From Paecilomyces variotii (lineage: Eukaryota), in NCBI GenBank assembly GCA_004022145.1, contig RCNU01000015.1: 64,000 nt of DNA; one strand, 5' to 3'. How positions within the stretch are numbered: the stretch's first letter is position 1; the number at the start of each line of letters is the position of its first letter. Under the pieces are notes generated by a model that did no database searches, was not told the DNA's origin, and was given only the letters and a program-made list of their open reading frames with translations. Below are positions 13,239-26,096 of this stretch, piece by piece. Position numbers and translations under genes: made by a program.

Positions 13239-15334
13239 ATGGTAGAGGGGCAGAGAAAGGGGAGGACAGCGCCCTGGTACCCCATACCCTCGAGAAGAAT
13301 TGTGAGCGTCGAGCATCCAGGAATTGTAAAAAACGTGGACAAAGCCATAGACACACTTAATGGCAACTCTGGGATATCGAAGGTGAGTATCTTCCTATAC
13401 AAAAGATCACCCCACGCAATCACCTGACAGAATGCATGTCAGATTCTCAAACCGCAGAAGGCGGATACTCCAGCAAACCTCAACATCCGGCCGGAGGACC
13501 CTATGGCGAGACCAGTTCAATCATCCAGTCTCCCATCAAATAATATCGTCCTCAAAGTCACTGTCCCGAAATGGACTGGGCGCAAGCGGAAACGGGGGTC
13601 TGAAGAGCCGTTCACCGCGGACCCTGCCGCTGAAAACGAGAGACGAACGGCGAAAGACCGACTTAAAAGCCTGCGCGACAACGTAGGCAAGTATCATGTC
13701 GAGGCAGTTGGCATGGTTGACAGGACCCATGTCTTCCGGAGTAAGTACTCAATGACTGGTAGTGGTTCAAACACCTCTCTTACGTTTCCTAGATATGCCC
13801 GATTACGTGTACTCGACAACCGGGAGCGCTTTCACACAGAAATTCAAAGAGCATATCCTCCCTTTCGACTGTAAGGCTATATCGTATATTGACCCTTCGA
13901 ACAGTTTCCCCTGTACTTACACAGCATAGACGAAAAGATGAAAGAATTCGACCTCGATATGAGCAGAGGAGCAGGGTCTAATCTAGACATAATCCCTCCG
14001 CCTTCGTTCAGCCATGGGGATGTCCCCTTCAACTATATGTATGTCTCAAGAAAAGCCACGTCGAAATGCCACTTGCTGACTGAATTAGGTATCGACAAAA
14101 TCCAACAGTAAAGCAATCCATCGATACGTCGGGCAAGGTCACAACTGTCAACACCCAGCAAGCGCCAAAGGTGCTTACTTATCTTGTTACGTATGACATC
14201 CAGGAGGTACCATCAGCTCCGCGGGAGAGTTGTCCGCCCATTGAAACACTGGAGAAGAACCTACAGGACACAATCGCTACTGTCAAGAAGTTATTTGAAG
14301 AGCGTCCGCTTTGGACACGTCGGGCATTGCGCAATCTACTTCCCACTCATGATGAGCGTTATTGTCTTCGTCATGCCGTGCCCTACGTAGGGTACATCTT
14401 CCGCTCTGGGCCATGGCGGGATGCTATAGTCAAGTTCGGTCACGATCCTCGTACCTCGCCAGAATATCGGCAGTACCAGACGATCATGTTTCGCCTTCTC
14501 GCCCGGGAAGCAGAAGTCGCACGCGACGGTGGTGGAGGAGGAGGACGACGGCACACGTTACCGCGACCTGCAGAAGCAGGCCCTGACGCTCCGGGCACGA
14601 GTACATCACACCTGTTCACAGGACAGCCACCATTGCCGCTAGACGGCAAACTTTGGATGATCTGCGATATTACTGATCCTCTCCTGCGCAGCATTCTTTT
14701 TCCACCGGGTCCTCCTCCAGGTTTCTTGCGCTCGACATGCGACATACTGATCGATGGTTGGTATGGTAATGGTACACTTGCAAAAGCGAAGACAATCATG
14801 CGGGCCAAGGTGCAAACATTGATGGCAGAGAATCGCGCCACAGATGATGCTGAGTTTGAGCGCATAGTTGCATTCCCCGATCACGCTGCCACGGAGGCGG
14901 ACCTGGCCAATTTCACGCTCGACCCGGCTACCGCATCCTCGAGGGAGACGCAACTAGCCACCGAAGTCCGTGGACATATCAAAGGCTCTCCTAACTGGCG
15001 GGGTGGCATTTCTACTGGAAAAGGCGGGACTAGGCCTCAAGATGTGGGAACAGCAGAGACGACTGAGACGCCAGAAGCAGAAGATACGCCATCCGTCGTC
15101 GCCGCGGACGGAACGAAGATCAAGGTTGAAGATGAAGATATCATCACGGATCAATTTGCCGCGGATATCAGCGAGGGTGAAGAAGAGGCTCGTGAGCGGG
15201 AGGAGATGATGATGGAAGAGACCGCATCCGCCGCAGCAGCGGCTATAGAAAGCGCACAAGGAGATGAAGAAGAGGTAGACGAGGAGATAGAAGAGCTTGA
15301 CGATGAGGAAGATGACGACGAGGAGGTATATTAA
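13239..15334 (+). CDS. TFC1: RNA polymerase III transcription factor TFIIIC subunit Tau95 (Tfc1/Sfc1), multi-exon
   Basis: IVSVEHPGIVKNVDKAIDTL, NNIVLKVTVPKWTGRKRKR, THVFR, LFEERPLWTRRAL, YIFRSGPWRDAIVKFGHDPR, acidic C-terminal tail; several short introns between 13383 and 14088. Confidence 0.88.
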
Positions 15335-17354
15335 TCATTTAGGACTTGATGTTTCGATACCTAATTACGAACAACGTCCCATTCGAATAAAGAGCAAGAA
15401 ATAAATCAGAAGCAACCAATATCTGTCAATCCTCTTCCGAGCTTTCATACACATCACCCTTCGTATGTAAATCCAGTGGGGATTCCCTCGCCCAAAAAAT
15501 GTACTCAAACGCAGAATAAACATAACCAATACATCTTCCAGGCCAACTCCGCTCATACACGATATCACCCCCCGGTTATATTATCCACGGGTTTGGTCAG
15601 AACGGCCCGCCCTCTCCGTTGAATTCCACTGGCATAGCAAAGAATATAGAAAAAGAAGCAAATAGGAGTAATTAAACATCGGCAGAACAAAAAATAGAGA
15701 GATAAAATATTAGTAAACCGAGAATATGGACTATCATTCATCACAACGGCTAGGTAGGTAGTTACTTATACATACACAAACCTTATCCATGCGCATAGGG
15801 TACGGCCGTTATGGTTCAGATAGTAGTACTCCAAGCTTGGGTTTGAGTTTATTGAGACCTTCATATTATGTATAATTCCCTTATGCTAACTATATAATCA
15901 TAACTATACTTTGATGTAACTACTGCATATATGCATACAGCAGACTACAACCCGTGTCATGATTTATATCTAGCAAAAATTCCCACTACAACCACCACCG
16001 CCTTCAAACAGAAAAGCCATCTTAAATCCAAACCATCACCCACCAACTCACCTACCTAATTTATCTGTTAGAGCTCGACTCAAAAACCCATTCTACCCCC
16101 TAAATCTTACCTTCTCCTCAGATTTCAATAATTAATATCTAGCGCGGATCCCCAACTCCACTTAAGAGACCGATCTATCGACACACTAGTTTCATCCCTT
16201 GCGCGGACAAGTCTGGACTATCTATGAACAAAATAAATAGTCTATCTAGTCTACGGGACGTTTTTTCTCCACGCTCTGCACTGCAGTCTGCACCCCGTGG
16301 AATCTGGATAGGACCCTGCATGAACTCATCCGTCAGACTATAATTGAGATCTGGTCTTTCTTCAGGGGTCGGTATCTACTATACTCTACGGAGTAGTAGA
16401 TATGATGTTTTTTTTTTTCATTCAATCCCATTCTATTGCCATTATACTGCGTAACGATCATTAACTACATACATAACGTGACATGACTGACATAACATGG
16501 TTTGTTTCCTTGTATGTGCATTCATTTCAATAAATTCATATCCGTCGTCCATCGCATCGGAAACTCGTATGTGACATGACATCAGAGGCATTCAAACATG
16601 TACCGTAAAATCTGAACCGAACTGTGAAACTCATAAACTCAAACATGAACCAAACTGGAGAGAATAAACTCAAAAAACAGGGATAAATTAGGGAGATTGG
16701 AAATAGACAAACACGCTTAGATGCAAGAACAATAAGAACTGACTCAGACTCAAACACCATAGGATGATCAATTACCGGGACGCCGATCCGAAGTTCCCCC
16801 TTGCAATAAAAGACAAAGCCACTGCTGTAGACCCGCGTCCAGAAAAGAAGCTTTTGAGCCAACTAATCCGTTCCTGGAGATCGACAACCAGACAAGATAG
16901 AAAAAGGAAGCAAGCTAGAAAGAGGTGGAAAAAGCGGTGGGAGGATGAGGATGAGGAGCACCTGCTATGCTTCTTTCCAGGCCACATCGCGGACATGCGC
17001 GCTGCTCCACCGAGATGGAGCACCCAGTCAACGCTAGTATGTGGGAACTGAATGCTGCGGACATACACTACTCCGGAGAGTAGTCAGTCGACGCGGATGT
17101 TCAGGTTGAATTTGTCAAGAATAGCAGGATATTAAGATTGGTGAGCAATGTGATGAGATTTGAGAAAAAAAGAGAATGCTTGCTTCCTTTCCTATCAGAT
17201 TCGAAATGGGGTATTGTAGAAAACGAAAGTCCGAAGAAACGCCATGAGTGCCGCTATCCATTTGTGCCCAACGCCTTTACAGTAGAAGAAGGGGCCACCT
17301 GCCAAGCAGTGAACCTGTCAACGCCGCGCTAGAGTGACTGAAATCGAAACAATT

Positions 17355-18534
17355 CTACGAAAAGAAGATGTTGGCAGGCTCAGCGCCATCGGTAGAAGCG
17401 TTAGCTGCGGCCTCTTCGGCGGCGCTACCGCTCTCCCAGATCTCAATATCAGTCTCAGTGGGAGTAGTGGTTGCGGTCTTAGGAGCGTCTTCCTTAACTG
17501 GAGCGGTGGCCGCGAGCAAGGAGGAAATAGAAGCAATGTTGGCCTGCTCTGGCTTCTTAGGAGCCTGGACGGATGGAATGTCGGCGATCTTCTCAGAGGT
17601 CGATTGGGGCTCTTCATCGTAAATGACAGCGACAGAAAGAGAGTGGCAGCCATCTGCGTAGTAATCGGTAGCGTCCAGCTCTCCAAGGGGAGAGCGAGGC
17701 TCGATCGTCTTCATGTTCTTGCGGGAAGTAGCGACAGAGACGTTAGTAGAGCTTGCGAGCTGGATACCCAATTCGTGCGGAGGAATGTTTTCCTTGCCGC
17801 GGCCATCGGTCTTGCCCTTGCCCTCGTCATCGCTGATGTCGAGGACGCAGGTCGAGTGTTGCATCAAGTTGGTCATTTCATCCTGCTCTGAGTCGACGTG
17901 GATGTCAAAGAACCAAGTGCTGGGCTTGGGGCGAGAGGAAGCCTTGGACTTTCCGGTCGACAAGGCTGTAGTGATGGAAAACGGAGCACGAGAAACTGGA
18001 GCACGTTTAGGAATAACAGGCTCGACGCGGCTGGTGTTGACTGAGCGACGACCGAAGACCTTGCGAGCCTTCATCTGAGGGGAACGTCCGGCCGGCTTGA
18101 TCTGGGTCGACGCAGGGGTTGAGGCACGGCTGGTACGAGTGCTCAATGGAGTAGCCTTGAGAGTCACATTGGACTCGACAGTAGTCAAAACGAAGCGAGA
18201 CGTCTTAGCCGGCTTCAGGTTTTCCTTGGACATGTCATCATCATCGGAGCAACGCTTGCGCTTGATGGACAGGCCGAAAGTCGCGGGATCGACGTTCTCC
18301 GAATCCGAGTCGGAGGTCGCAGGACGCTTCAGAGAGAGCGGGGAGGCGCCTTTGCGAAGGTTAGAACGTGCCATTGGATATAAAAACGCGTATATATTAA
18401 TTCAGATGTTATCTAGACATACCATTCTGCTGGTTGGTGAGGTTCATCTTGGTCTTCAGCAGGGACCGGATACGCGGGCCGTCCACACTGGCAAACGGCT
18501 GACGGACAGCGGGGCTCATGGTTAAAGTAGCCAT
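17355..18534 (-). CDS. Disordered 368-aa protein with ABBA, KEN and D-box degrons; putative Acm1-like APC/C inhibitor or substrate
   Basis: Exon 1 18534-18423 (MATLTMSPAVRQPFASVDGPRIRSLLKTKMNLTNQQN), intron GTATGT...CTAAC...AAG, exon 2 18349-17355; total 1107 nt in frame. Motifs FDIHVD, GKENIPP, RSPLGEL. The coding call is firm; the function is inference. Confidence 0.85.
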
Positions 18535-18986
18535 GTCGGAAAAGCAATTGTCGCGAGATAGTTATAGCGAACTATTAATAGGCTAACTTATTCAGCGCGA
18601 CTTGGAATAGGCAGTCGAGCGCGGGCAGTTCGCGGTTTCAGACGTGATGATCGTGGTTGTTTTGGTGCGGGAGCGCGCTTAGCGTGGTTGAACTAGAGCA
18701 GTAGAGTCGAGCACGGATAAGGTAGATCGAGTTCGAGTGTTGATGTGATGAGGTCAGGTAGGAAGAAAGAGAGAAAAAGATCTCGGGGGATCTGCGCGAA
18801 ACAATCTTAAATACGCTTGCTCAGACGTGTCGAAGAGATGGAGGTTGTTATTAGAACGGCGGAATCCGTCAGAGCAACACAGGCGGTATGTAGATGGGCC
18901 GGAAGTGGAGGGTGGGCGCCGTCGCACAGAGAGCAAGCAGATCTGATATTAGATCACGTATTAAGCTAGAGCAGATATAATATAGG

Positions 18987-19017
18987 AGACAGAGACAGAG
19001 AGAGAGAGAGAGAGAGA
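18987..19017. repeat. (GA)n microsatellite
   Basis: GA-dinucleotide run with two interrupting C bases upstream of the 18534 gene. Confidence 0.8.
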
Positions 19018-20634
19018 TGGAAAAGAGAGGCAGACAGAGGACCTTCGACCCAAACCACTTTCTATGCAGTCTGAGAGAGACAACTGTAGGAAGAGAGAAG
19101 AGAGCTGAAGAAGGTGGGCATTGAGCGAATGTATATCGACTCTAAGCACGGTCCAGAGGAATCGTTTAAACTATGCAGGTTCCCACCGCGGTCAGCTATG
19201 CTTGTTCGACAGTGCTTCGGGAGGCGGAGAAGGAATTCCTTGGGTGATCATTGATGGCTCCTGTGAACAATTTTACCTATTCGAGAATTTGACGATCGTG
19301 AGAGATACCACCGCAGCGCGTCGTGTCTGGCTCCAGCTTCCGCGCTGAAGCTTCTCAGATGGACTTGACGCAAGGCGCGCTGCCACCATCAATGCTGATA
19401 ATCGAGTTGCGACTGGTTGATTCCAGTTCCTGAGCGCTCTTGATCGTCCCGTCAATGCGCCGGCCCTGCAGCTGTCGCTCTGTACGTGGCGAAACCGCGC
19501 GTCGTGACGGGAATACCGACGCCATACGGACGCGTATCGTCCCGTTGTCTAGACGCGCGCAGGTACCTCTCCGCCCAGAAGCCACGCAACGGGTACCTGC
19601 CCCAGCGCGCGACTCCACGCTCGTCCCGTACCGACATCGCCCGCGTCGTATCGCTGGTTACGCCCCGTTCCCTGACCAGAACCAGCCATTACCAGGTATC
19701 GATACCGCTCGACCTCAAGATCGCATCTATGCTCTACACTTCAATGCGACTGGACAGTTCCCAGGAGCGCATCCCGGGTTCGTTTCACTGCTAGTTCTCA
19801 CCCTTCTTGCTTTTGATCCCGTCTCTGCTGCCGAGGGGAGCGCTACGCTGGATGGTGTGCTGAATTGGTCTCTCCTTGACGTCGTCCAGGGAGCCCATCA
19901 TTGCACCGCACGGGGGAGCATGGCATGTGATGCTTTCAGTAATGTTTCATCCCCATGATGTTATAGCCGGATTACCATAGAATAGCTACTATAGACTAAA
20001 TTATATCCCCGCTTCCAAGATGGGGGCCAGAAGAGGGCTACTAGTAGACGGTAAGAAAAGAAAGTAATACTCCGTGGGATTTACCTCGGACTCTCGGATC
20101 AATGCAATGACCACATCATATCTATGGTAGGTTTCTTTTGCCGCCGTGGTGGGGGGAGAATGTATGTGGCCTACGAGTCTGACCGGGCGTGGCCGCCAAT
20201 TGTATATCGTGTAAACACCAGAGGAATGTACCAAAGCTTGCCTGGGTGATCGGGTGGCATCGTCTCGTGCGTCGATGGCAACGGTATTCAGGGATGCAGA
20301 AGAACGTTCTTCGATCCACCGCGTAGGCCCCCCTCATGGTCACATTTCCAGAAAAGAAAAGGGACGCTGATACTCCTTTGATAGGATTGATACAAGAGTA
20401 GATATGCCCCTCTCTAAGGGGCACGTTCAGTCAAGGCTAGCCCTACCGTTCAAAAGGAGCGAGGATGATAACCCAGCTCGTGCTCCTGACTTCTAGATAC
20501 TGGGACCTGAGGCAGCAAGGAATTGATCTATTATATAATAATCTATATACTGGAGGAAGACGAGGGGTGATTATGTCTCACTATACCTTACTCTACATCA
20601 CTGTCGTCATGTTCATTCCATCCGATTACCCTTT

Positions 20635-21783
20635 TCAGATCTCATCTTGCCACGGGATACTGTCCATGGCACCCTGTCTCTCGACGCAGCGCGCAGCTGC
20701 CCTCGTGGCCGTTCCTATGGCGTCGCTCATCGCACTCTGATACCGTTCCTTCTTGTCCTCAGGCACCAGATCTTCCCCAGCCTTGCCCTTTGCGCGTCGC
20801 TGCTCTCGCCAACGAGCAACCTGCACCGCATATGCGCCGGCAAAGGTGTCTCCAGCTGCTGTTGTATCCACGACCTTGTCTACCTTCGCTGCGGGGGCTT
20901 CATTGACGAATCTGGTCACGCCGTCTGCCGCTCCAGACTGGCCAGGATCGGTGGCACTGTACCAGACACCCTGTGCACCGAGTGTGACCAGGACAAAGCT
21001 GACGCCCAACTTGTGGAAGTATCGCGCCACCTTCTCCTTACCACTTTCACCCTCCGCGTCCGGGACAACTTTGAGCAGCTGCTCATTCTTCGGCGTCATC
21101 AGCTCTGCCTCAGTCTCATTCATAATCAGGTGGTCAACTGCTGCATAGACATCTTCTGGGAGACCCTCTGGAGGCGCAGGTGCCGGATTGAGAATGACAT
21201 CCGGCCCCAACTCAATGCCCTTCTTGCCTTGGCTTCTCGCAGTCTTCTTCCAAGCAGCGATGTCCCGCAAGATAGCAATCGTAGTCTCAACGGGAATCTC
21301 ACCCTGCATGACAATGACATCTGGAATCGGCGCCGCCAATGCTGTCCCCACGACTTCAGGAATCGGCTGCATGCCCGAGTAATTCGCCCCGGGGGAGAAG
21401 AAGATGCGATTCTCTCCGCCAGCAGAAGAATCCACCACAATGACCGCAACTCCCGTGTATGCATCGCTAATTGTTCGCACCCTTGTTGTATCCAGTCCGG
21501 ACTTCTCCAGCGTCGGTCGTAGTAAAGCCTGGAAGTGTCCATCTAGTCCTCCCACCGCGCCTACCATTTCCACCTTCACTTCTTCCTTCGCAGCCACGGA
21601 TGCCGTCGACGAGGGCTGCGGTCGTGAGAGTCGTCCACATGCGACAGCTTGGTTCGCACCCTTTCCTCCGGCGCTGGTGAAGAACGACGTTGCGGTGATG
21701 GTCTCGCCCGGGTCGGGGAAGCGCGGAGTCACCGAGACCATGTCGGCATTGAGAGATCCAATGACGCGGATGAGAGGCGCCAT
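20635..21783 (-). CDS. RBK1: Ribokinase (PfkB family)
   Basis: IGSLNADMV, GGKGANQAVACGRL, ILNPAPA, IMNETEAE, VTLGAQG and the PfkB signature VDTTAAGDTFAG; intronless 382 aa. Confidence 0.93.
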   Translation of the reverse strand: MAPLIRVIGSLNADMVSVTPRFPDPGETITATSFFTSAGGKGANQAVACGRLSRPQPSSTASVAAKEEVKVEMVGAVGGLDGHFQALLRPTLEKSGLDTTRVRTISDAYTGVAVIVVDSSAGGENRIFFSPGANYSGMQPIPEVVGTALAAPIPDVIVMQGEIPVETTIAILRDIAAWKKTARSQGKKGIELGPDVILNPAPAPPEGLPEDVYAAVDHLIMNETEAELMTPKNEQLLKVVPDAEGESGKEKVARYFHKLGVSFVLVTLGAQGVWYSATDPGQSGAADGVTRFVNEAPAAKVDKVVDTTAAGDTFAGAYAVQVARWREQRRAKGKAGEDLVPEDKKERYQSAMSDAIGTATRAAARCVERQGAMDSIPWQDEI

Positions 21784-23149
21784 GATTGCGATTGTGAACG
21801 CGATGGGAGATGTATTCGAGGAGTGTCAGTTGCGAATGCGTCTTGATCTTTCGTTATATCGCGTAGACGAGTATTATTGCTGGCGGCGCCAATACCAGCT
21901 AGGTAGGTGATAAATCAAACGTCAAACGTCAAACTCGACTCAATTGACAAGCCTAGAAGCTTTCCAGAAAGTCAGAATCACCCCAATTAAGCATCCCAAG
22001 TTCTCAAACCAACTTACCTGCTCCAATAGTAATATGTATGAGTATGAACAATCTCCCTGTCCCGTTGCGAGAGGCACCCCGCATCAAGACCTCCGCGGGG
22101 CAGGTTTTGTTTTCCTCAGGCAACAAAACGTAACGAATCACTACCATACATAGTATCTACATACTACTATCCCGAACAACCAGACAAGAAAACCGTTATC
22201 AACCTCCCCCTCCCCAAAAAACCAAAAGGACGTAAAATACCATGCGTCGCGAATCAATTTCCTATTCTAACCTTCGTGTCTCCATAGAACACTCTATTTT
22301 TCTCTGCAGGAAAACGACCGAGCATTTGGAGAAGTTCAAAGTTCTGGATAGCGCCGGGAAAAGCCAAAAAGCGGGGAATATTCTTTTGCCCTTGCGTCGT
22401 TCGTCCGTCTCAGCTTGTTTCAGATGATCCCAGCAGTCTATCTACTCTATAGTTTGGAAGTTGGCTCATAGGCCATGGACTTTTGTGAGAGTTGTTTATG
22501 AATGAAGAGGGGGGCGCTATTTTAGAGTTGAGTGAACTGTTGCGACTGCTTGTCTGCTAGTTATCTAGGCAGTTATAGTATGTAATGTAATAATGATTAT
22601 TTTAGTGTATGATAACTGACTAGTGTATGATTTATTTTCATGCAACGTCATGGGTTTCAGGATCTGCAGGTTACTTTATGCATAGATGTATCGTCTGATC
22701 AGTCTATTTTTGAGTGCGGAGTAGAGAGCCCTGAGGATCGGATGATTGTTCTTTATCTTGAGATCTTCGAGGGACCAGATTCAATTGCTAGATGGAATGG
22801 TTGAGTATATTCAGAAACCGACTGCGAAATAGGCTAGAAAGGTCATATGCGATTGAAATCAAAATGATGATCCGCAAGGTACATAGCACTGCATATTACT
22901 GCATTATACATTGATCTGGAAGAACGCCTAGACTCCAGCCACGTAACTAGTTAGTAGTGCGCGAATGCCGGTGTATCATCCGCCGTTGCAAAGCCCTCTG
23001 TTTCCACTGTCCAGATGCCCCAAACGAATAGACCCGAAAACAAATCTCTTAACGTAAAATCTTTCCATATACACCGCAACAATGATATCGTCATCATAAA
23101 TCGGAGCGAGCAGAGTACACCAAACAGACTAGGAAGGGATATCGTTATC

Positions 23150-25484
23150 TCAAACTCCATTGCGATAGATCTGGGACCCTCCGGATCGGATCTGTATCGT
23201 GTCTCTCCGTTGGAGAACCACCAAGGCCCGATTGAGCGCCTGCTCAGTGTATCCTCGCCCATCCACAAACTCACGGCGCAGCGTAGCTAGACTGGTGCTC
23301 CAGCCGATAGGCAGGCGGCGCTTCAGTTCTTCCTCGACCTTGCCAACTTCTTCCATAAGCTCCTTGCTGCCCTGTCCCTCACCCTGCGTCACGGCGTCCA
23401 TGGTGGAAGCCAGGAATAGACGGATGGCTTCGTCCACGTGGGCCTCAGTGACGACGGGCGACAGAGTGAGTTTGGCGAGCGACTCCGTGATACGGATAAT
23501 AGCCTCGAGCTGACGCACCGTAATTGGGATCGAAGAACGTGCATTGGCATCGAGCTCTGCTCGGTGCACCTGTTTCCTGATGGAAACAAAGTGGGAGGAG
23601 AGCTTCTCCGCCGCTTCGGGGGAGAGCTGGGGCGCACAGCGACTATAGCGAATGTCAGCTTGAGCCTGATGGGCACAAATGGGAAAGATAATCATAACAT
23701 ACCTCTTGCAGTAGCTGATATACCGTCTCATCTTTTCCACTGGGATCTCTGCCTCTACCTGTTCCTCCACGCCTCTTCCTCCCATGTGGATACCCATAAC
23801 GTGTCGCGCAATGCGCTCATCACGGCTCCTCTCATGGTCGTCACGAACAATGAAAATCATATCGAAACGCGAGAGGATCGTGGTCTGAAAGTCGATATTC
23901 TCTCCGGGAGTTTTCAGATCGTCATATCGGCCAAAGATCGGGTTTGCCGCTGCCAACACGGAGGTTCTGGCATTCAGAATCGTCGTGATACCTGCCTTGG
24001 CAATGGAGATAGTTTGCTGCTCCATGGCTTCGTGGATTGCCACCCGATCCTCATCCCTCATCTTGTCGAACTCGTCAATGCAGACAACACCGCCGTCGGC
24101 AAGCACCATTGCACCTCCTTCCAGATAGAACTCTCGAGTAGTATTGTCTCTTTGCACAGAGGCTGTGAGACCGGCCGCTGAGGATCCCTTACCGGACGTG
24201 TAGATAGCGATAGGGGACGCCTTCTCGACGAACTTGAGCAGCTGCGATTTGGCAGTACCGGGGTCTCCCAGAAGAAGCACGTTGATGTCTCCACGGAGCT
24301 TCATCCCATCAGGCAGAATCTTCTTCGATCCACCCATGAGCAGACATGCGATGGCCTTCTTGATGTCCAGATTTCCGTAGATGGAGGGGGCGATACTCTT
24401 GGCGAAAGTTTCGTAGAGGTCCGGCCGGCGGCTCATCTCCAAGAACTCCTGTTCCTCCTCTTCTGTGAAAACGGCGTTGCCTTTGGCGGTGTGATCCACG
24501 TCGCTGCTGATACCCACGGCACGCACATACGGGTTTCGAATAGCGACAGCAGCATTCGACCTGCCGCCCTTGGCCTGGTAGATCGAGAAGACACCCATCA
24601 CAGTACATCGTGATCCGGGAACAACTCGGTTGGCGAGGTAACGGTCTGCAGAGACCAAGATGTGACGCGGCAACTCACCGACAGGCACCTGGTCGGGGGC
24701 TTCTTGGAGCTTGAGGACCTGTTGGTCGATGAACTGAGATTTCTCGTGTACCACTACGTATGGATCGAGTGGACACGCCTGGCCAGGCTGATCACCGGGT
24801 TGCTTAGGGCGTCCACACTGTCTGGGTAGCGTAAGACCAGAGAAACCACCTTCAACCGCAATGTTTTCGGTGTGCGAGCAGCTTTTACACTCAATGTGGA
24901 CGAGCGTCGCTTTTGAGGACAGCGTGGATGCACCAATGACTATTCCAGGAATACGGACGAGGTGCGAGATATTTGTTGCGTTCAGATCACGAATCGAGAT
25001 GTGTGTCACGCTGGAATGGATGAGCAGCTGGTGGGGTGGCACTACCACATCTCGCTCTGAAGGATAGACGATTCTCTGAGTGCATTCCTGAAGCGCAGCT
25101 TCGAACTAGAGTACGTATCTGTTTAGAAGAGCGCCCCAGAGGGTATTAGGCAGAAAGCGTTACTCACCAGAGGAATAATGTCTGCCGGTTCCGTCGTGAG
25201 CTTGTGCGCCAATTCCTCATTGTAAGAAATCAAGTGTGCGATGTCGATGTCACAGTAGTACTGCTTCACTAGGACGTTCTGTCGGAGTTGATCTCTGATC
25301 GAAATGTGAGTATGAAATCTCAGACTTCCACCTTCGAACTCCCTTACCTGTAGATAAAGGCATTATCCAACTGGAAGGCGAGGATAAATTCGCGCAGGCG
25401 GGCTTGGATCTGGGTGCGAGATTCATCGCTGCCGTCCTGGCTGGGCGCAAGGACGCTCAATGTGTATGGTGTACGTCTGTCCAT
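23150..25484 (-). CDS. MCM5: DNA replication licensing factor Mcm5
   Basis: Start [11 protein letters not shown] at 25484 and two 5' introns. [27 protein letters not shown] (Walker A), [21 protein letters not shown]. An in-frame 60-nt intron at 23702-23643 is read through by the ORF track. Confidence 0.97.
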
Positions 25485-25596
25485 CGTAGCCGCAGATCTG
25501 ACGTTTGCGATGATCCGTCGTTGAGACTTCTGCGGAGTGGCATAAAAAAGTCGAGAGAGATAGATATCTTTGTTCCGCCGACGAAAGGGTTGCTGG

Positions 25597-25631
25597 ACGC
25601 GAGGAAAACACGGTCGCGTTCAGAGACGCGT
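25597..25631. promoter_or_regulatory. Cluster of MCB-like (MluI cell-cycle box) elements upstream of MCM5
   Basis: ACGCGA 25597-25602, TCGCGT 25614-25619 and ACGCGT 25626-25631, within 35 bp and ~110-150 bp upstream of the ATG. Confidence 0.65.
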
Positions 25632-26096
25632 TAAGTGGTTTTGGGACCCGGCGGGACTAGGCGACTTGAATAGCACTGGTGCCATCTGTGTGCTGCCAGT
25701 GGATGCGCCTAGACAAAAGGGCGATGCTACTGGAGACGGTCTCCCCTGGCCCCTCCACTGCCGCAATCAGACCGGAAGCCAAGATCCTCCGAGATCCGAG
25801 TGCACGGACAACCTGCGGGCGCGAACGACGCTTTACCGGATTAGGAAAGTAATTGTTGGCCTGTGGGTGCCTTACGAGCTGGTTGAGCTGGTTGAACGTT
25901 GCGGATAGCTTAGGTGTAGCTTCAGCGCTCTCTGTCAGCGAGAGCCAACGTCGACGCAGGTTCGTGATCAATTGAACGCCAGGGGTTGCTTCAGCTTTCT
26001 GAGAATATCGCCCTCACTTGCCATGTCCGGATAGTTCGTCGCTGAATCTACGGTGGATGCGTCTCCGTGTGGGCTTACGCCGCTGGTACGAACGAG

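Noticed and set aside
13764-13774. B-box-like GGTTCAAACAC in a TFC1 intron (possible TFIIIC autoregulation)
   Set aside because: Mismatch at a conserved position; not distinguishable from chance.
16381-17085. TACGGAGTAG/CTACTCCGGAG-like intergenic motifs (also near 61037-61092)
   Set aside because: Short motifs of a kind common in intergenic DNA of these fungi; no locus-specific structure.
20647-21522. 291-aa antisense ORF over ribokinase (likewise 55836-56777 over the MDR gene and ORFs antisense to TRA1, MCM5, VPS54 and the PKS)
   Set aside because: Shadow ORFs caused by codon bias of the real gene on the opposite strand; no protein motifs.
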